DNA of 64,000 bases, from assembly GCA_963745235.1 (NCBI GenBank), contig CAVUXE010000003.1, positions 1 to 64,000 on the forward strand, written 5' to 3'. Positions 60,437-64,000 of this stretch are shown piece after piece (position 1 is the first letter of the stretch; each line of letters begins with the position of its first letter). The DNA comes from an uncultured Spirochaetota bacterium. GTDB taxonomy: Bacteria; Spirochaetota; Spirochaetia; SZUA-6; Fen-1364. Both the position numbers and the translations under genes were made by a program. The notes under the pieces are model-generated. The model made no database searches. It worked only from the letters and a program-made list of their open reading frames with translations, and was not told the origin of the DNA.

Positions 60437-61810
60437 TCAGCGCCGCCAGGCGCCCGTTGAAAGATCGATGGTGATGTCGTTGTCCGCAGGCTCCAGGTCG
60501 TCCCACATCCCTTCAATCAGGTCTCCGCGAGCGGCCACGACAAGCCCCCCCATGAAGCTGAGCCCCTTTTTCTTCAGCTTTTCGGCGCGCGTGAACTTCT
60601 CGTCTCCCTCGAAATGAGCGGCAAATGCCTCGGAAATCTGGCAAGACAGGAGCGCCGCCTCGTCCGCGGGGAGATAGCAGGCGGTGAGGAGCCGGGCTGC
60701 AATGCGTGCGATTGCCTCGCGGAGCGATTGCCGCGAGAAGCTCCTGAAGTCCCTTCCGCATGCCGCGAATGAGGGCAGCTCAGTAATGAATGACGATTGG
60801 ATCTGCATCTGCTGCTCCGCGTCGATTTCCACGTGTCGAACGGGATCTGGATCAGTGACCAGGGACCCTGTTTCGACGTCATAGAGAAACCTGCCGTCAT
60901 CCCACCTCTTCACCGTGACGTCCTGGGCATGGAAGTGGCCGCTAAAGACAGTCCGGACATGATAGGCGGCCAGAAGCCCGGACACCTCACGCCAGTCCTT
61001 TACCAGGTAATCCCCGTAGTACTTCTCCTGGCCTTTGAAGTGCTCAACTGCCCCATGATGCATCATTGCAACCACGGGGATTTTCTCCCGCGCCGCCCGG
61101 GAGAGCACCTCCCTTATCCACGGGACTGTCGCAGCGCCGAGCCTGCCCCCGGATTCCGCGGCGCGTCTGCCGGGGTTGTGCCGGTAGTCGCAGGCATCCA
61201 GTGCAAGCAGCCAGAGGCCGGGGACCGGCTGGGCGACGTAGCTCAGGGAATCCGTGTCCCGGAACAAGGCTGCTCCGTATCCGAAATCCCTGTACAGCTC
61301 CGCGAACTCCCCAGGAGACACGTTTTCGACGTGCTTCGTTCCTGAAGCGCTGTAGCTGAAAGCCCTGGGGTTGAGTATGTCATGGTTGCCGGGGACAACG
61401 TACGCCGGGACGCCGCTTTCCCGGAGCTCTTCGAGATACTTCACGAAAAGCTCATGGTCCTGCCTCTCACCGTCCTTCGTGAGGTCCCCGGGAACGAGCA
61501 GGAACTGGACATGAAGGTCCCGCACCCTCCTGACCGCCTCCCGGAGGATTTCCTCGCTCTCAATGAGCAGCCTGCCGTCTTCCGCAGCGCATTCCTCGAA
61601 GGCCTTTCCGCTGATGCCGAGGCTTGCATCGTAGAGGTGGGGATCACTGAAGACGGCGAAGCTGGTCGCCGGAAAGAGCGCGGCGGGAGAGGAGAGGGCG
61701 GCCGCCGTCTGTGCATCTGGGGCAGGACGGTAGCTGATGCCTGCGCAGGAGATGCAGAGCGCGGCCGCCAGGAGGACTGCGGGGGCGCGCAGCGCGCCTT
61801 TGTCTGTCAT
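60437..61810 (-). CDS. Calcineurin-like metallophosphoesterase, probably exported
   Basis: SDPH, PGDLTKDGE, PGNHD, MMHH, SGHFH. Confidence 0.9.
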   Translation of the reverse strand: MTDKGALRAPAVLLAAALCISCAGISYRPAPDAQTAAALSSPAALFPATSFAVFSDPHLYDASLGISGKAFEECAAEDGRLLIESEEILREAVRRVRDLHVQFLLVPGDLTKDGERQDHELFVKYLEELRESGVPAYVVPGNHDILNPRAFSYSASGTKHVENVSPGEFAELYRDFGYGAALFRDTDSLSYVAQPVPGLWLLALDACDYRHNPGRRAAESGGRLGAATVPWIREVLSRAAREKIPVVAMMHHGAVEHFKGQEKYYGDYLVKDWREVSGLLAAYHVRTVFSGHFHAQDVTVKRWDDGRFLYDVETGSLVTDPDPVRHVEIDAEQQMQIQSSFITELPSFAACGRDFRSFSRQSLREAIARIAARLLTACYLPADEAALLSCQISEAFAAHFEGDEKFTRAEKLKKKGLSFMGGLVVAARGDLIEGMWDDLEPADNDITIDLSTGAWRR

Positions 61811-61828
61811 GGGACGGCGCGGGTCTCC

Positions 61829-62947
61829 TTATCTTTTCCCTGCGTAGCTTTCAGCCAGAACCGTTTCCAGCCCGCCCCGGTTCTTCTCCGGGTGATAGTA
61901 GCAGTCGACGATCTTCTCATGGGGAAGGCTGTCGATCCTCTCGTTCATGATCTGGAGGGCGCGCGCGTTTATCCTGACGGCATCCAGGACGGGCATGTGC
62001 TCCGGGTTGATGTCCGCGCCGAAGTGTTCCCGGTACCCGATAGCCTTCAGGGAATAGAGCAGGGCTTCCGTGTCCTGCCAGGAGATGACCCCGACGTTGA
62101 GGTCCTGATCGTAGTTGCCCAGGGGCTGGCTGTTCACATGGATATGAGAAAGCCGGCTTTCCCGGGCTATCCGCAGATACGCCTGTGGAAGTATCTCGTA
62201 TCCCATGAGAAGGTGACCAATCTCGGGCTGGAATCCGACGATGCAATGGCCTTCGGAAAGCAGCTTTCTGTTGACGGGGCTCTTGAGCCGAGCCTCCACG
62301 TCGCGGGCCATGAGGAGCCCATCCCCCGTTGTCCGGTAGATGTTGTTGGGGACGGGCTCATAGGGTTTCGTCTCGAGCCCGATGCGTACGCCGGGGACCT
62401 CGTCCAGGCATTCAGCGAGGGCTCCCTCGAACCAGTCCCACATCTGGTAGAACACGGTGCCCAGGGGATAGAGAAACCCGTCGTTCCCTGGCCACAATCC
62501 CATGTGCGTGGCCCCTGCTTCCTTCACCAGCTTCAGGGCGCCGATGACCGTTTCCTGCGCCCGCCTGCGCTTGGCCGGGTCAGGATTGCTCAGAGTGCCG
62601 AACTCCCCGTCCTTGCCGCGGAAGCTGTCCGGGCCCAGCCCTATGAGCTTCACTCCTGATTCCTTCTCCAGCTTCCTGTACAGGGGGAGGTTCTCCTCGT
62701 TGACCTCCGAGGGATAGTGCGCTTCGATCCCCTTGACCCCGTAGCGCGCCATCTCAGCGGCAAGCTCCAGCCGCTGCGGGATGGTCATCTCCGGGACATA
62801 GCGGTCATGGAACCGTCCCCCTCCCGGGGCGAAGTACCAGATCCCGACGGTGAGCTTGATGTCGAGCGTGAAGCTCTTGAGGTGGGCAAGCAACTGTTCA
62901 GGCGTGCGTCTCTCAGCCTGGTAGCGAAGATCGGCGAGTGTATACAT
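61829..62947 (-). CDS. xylA: Xylose isomerase-like TIM-barrel protein
   Basis: EAHYP, WPGNDG, ETKPYEP, PEIGH, NSQPLGNYDQDL, DINP parallel xylose isomerase metal and substrate motifs. Confidence 0.75.
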   Translation of the reverse strand: MYTLADLRYQAERRTPEQLLAHLKSFTLDIKLTVGIWYFAPGGGRFHDRYVPEMTIPQRLELAAEMARYGVKGIEAHYPSEVNEENLPLYRKLEKESGVKLIGLGPDSFRGKDGEFGTLSNPDPAKRRRAQETVIGALKLVKEAGATHMGLWPGNDGFLYPLGTVFYQMWDWFEGALAECLDEVPGVRIGLETKPYEPVPNNIYRTTGDGLLMARDVEARLKSPVNRKLLSEGHCIVGFQPEIGHLLMGYEILPQAYLRIARESRLSHIHVNSQPLGNYDQDLNVGVISWQDTEALLYSLKAIGYREHFGADINPEHMPVLDAVRINARALQIMNERIDSLPHEKIVDCYYHPEKNRGGLETVLAESYAGKR

Positions 62948-63046
62948 TACTGAATCCTCCCCTATGACACCGTGATATCACGTTCATAACGACTCGGGAA
63001 GGGAGACACGTACGGGAAGACGACACTCAAAGCGCGGGATAAAGTC

Positions 63047-63152
63047 GCCAGCAGGAAGATACCCCGCTTGATCAATGGAACATTTTCACTTCGTCTTTAC
63101 GTTTAGGTATGAGTACTTTCAGCCCTGACTTTTTTCCTATCTTCCTGCTGGC
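63047..63152. repeat. Perfect 15-bp inverted repeat enclosing 76 bp
   Basis: GCCAGCAGGAAGATA 63047-63061 and TATCTTCCTGCTGGC 63138-63152. Confidence 0.8.
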
Positions 63153-63214
63153 CGGTCTCAACTTTATGGTCTCATTTTAGTCCGGTTGCCTCAAGATGCA
63201 ATAAGCCAAATGTC

Positions 63215-64000
63215 TCATTTTGGAGAATTTATCAGGTTCATTAGCTGAATTTTGTTTGTAACCCCTGTCTTCTGGTAGATGTGATAAATATGGTTCTTCA
63301 CCGTGGTCGAAGAGATGAAAAGCTTCTCCCCAATGATCCTGTTCGTGTAGCCTTGGACAAGCATTGTGATGATTTCCCGCTCCCGCGGCGAGATCCCGTA
63401 CTGCTTCACGATCCCTTCCGGCAGCTGGTAGGCCGCGCCGAACTCCGCCACAAAGAGGTATTGCGCGGCGTAGAAGAGGAGAAGGCCGCCAGTCGCAAAA
63501 AGGAAGAGGACCTGGACAAGGGGAAAATCCCGAAGGAACGGGGGAGCCTGAAGCGTTGCCTGTCCGATGATCTGGACGATCATGGCCGCGATCATCACGA
63601 ACGCCGCTGCGAGCAGGCTGCGAACAAGGGCCAGGAGGCGCGGATGCCTGATCTTCTCTATTCGTCCAAGGATCAACACCACCCCGTAGGCCTGGACCGC
63701 GGTCAGGCAGGCATCATTCAGGAACCGCAGGAACCTCTGCGGCATCACGACGCTCGCGCCCCCGACCACGGCGACGCCTGCGGCAAGGAAAAGGTAGGCT
63801 GCCATTCGCGCGGGAGAAAGGGGAAGCAGGACGACCCCCGCGGCAAGGATGCAGACCATGTACGCCAGGAGGCCATTTCCCGGAATGATCAGGGCAAGGG
63901 AGATGGCGGGGAGGGCGCCGCCGAACACGTGCTCGACGGTCGCAAGCTCATACGTCTTGAGAATCCTGCACAGCACGAGAAGGAGAATTGCAAAGTACAA
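63215..64000 (-). CDS. Membrane-anchored LuxR-family regulator (5' end outside the window)
   Basis: Several TM helices, then YGISPREREII, GYTNRIIGEKLFISSTTVKNHIYHIYQK. Confidence 0.9.
   Translation of the reverse strand: MYFAILLLVLCRILKTYELATVEHVFGGALPAISLALIIPGNGLLAYMVCILAAGVVLLPLSPARMAAYLFLAAGVAVVGGASVVMPQRFLRFLNDACLTAVQAYGVVLILGRIEKIRHPRLLALVRSLLAAAFVMIAAMIVQIIGQATLQAPPFLRDFPLVQVLFLFATGGLLLFYAAQYLFVAEFGAAYQLPEGIVKQYGISPREREIITMLVQGYTNRIIGEKLFISSTTVKNHIYHIYQKTGVTNKIQLMNLINSPK

Overview
GC-rich bacterial window, possibly Spirochaetia (inferred only from protein style). No rRNA, tRNA, CRISPR array, reverse transcriptase or intact transposase was seen. About 1-15.8 kb is a mosaic, partly decayed accessory region: adenylate cyclase and methyltransferase remnants, a Phd/VapC toxin-antitoxin pair, a PAS hybrid kinase divergent from a DcmR-like HTH-MEDS regulator, an ECF sigma/nitroreductase cluster, a TetR-DUF2271-Acg locus and an ankyrin protein. 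Next come a sigma54-driven chvE-gguAB-like sugar ABC operon with its own kinase, bEBP and second SBP, a metF-like gene, a BMP-type ABC transporter with ylbE/fdrA, a MATE pump and c-di-GMP phosphodiesterases. The most notable structure is a small BlaI/BlaR1-like regulon at 40.3-45.3 kb: three copies of a 16-bp operator sit on two convergent promoters that drive an ankyrin lipoprotein and two tail-to-tail orphan LivJ-like lipoproteins, and the BlaR1 has an NTF2-like rather than penicillin-binding sensor domain. The remainder holds a dehydratase activase, a NarL-type signalling trio, a DUF222-HNH gene, a second ECF sigma, a sugar ABC transporter with a UroD-family enzyme, ada/ogt, a metallophosphoesterase, a xylose-isomerase-like gene and a membrane LuxR regulator. 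Many genes carry single-base frameshifts that look like long-read consensus errors. All family calls are by motif recognition, not database search.
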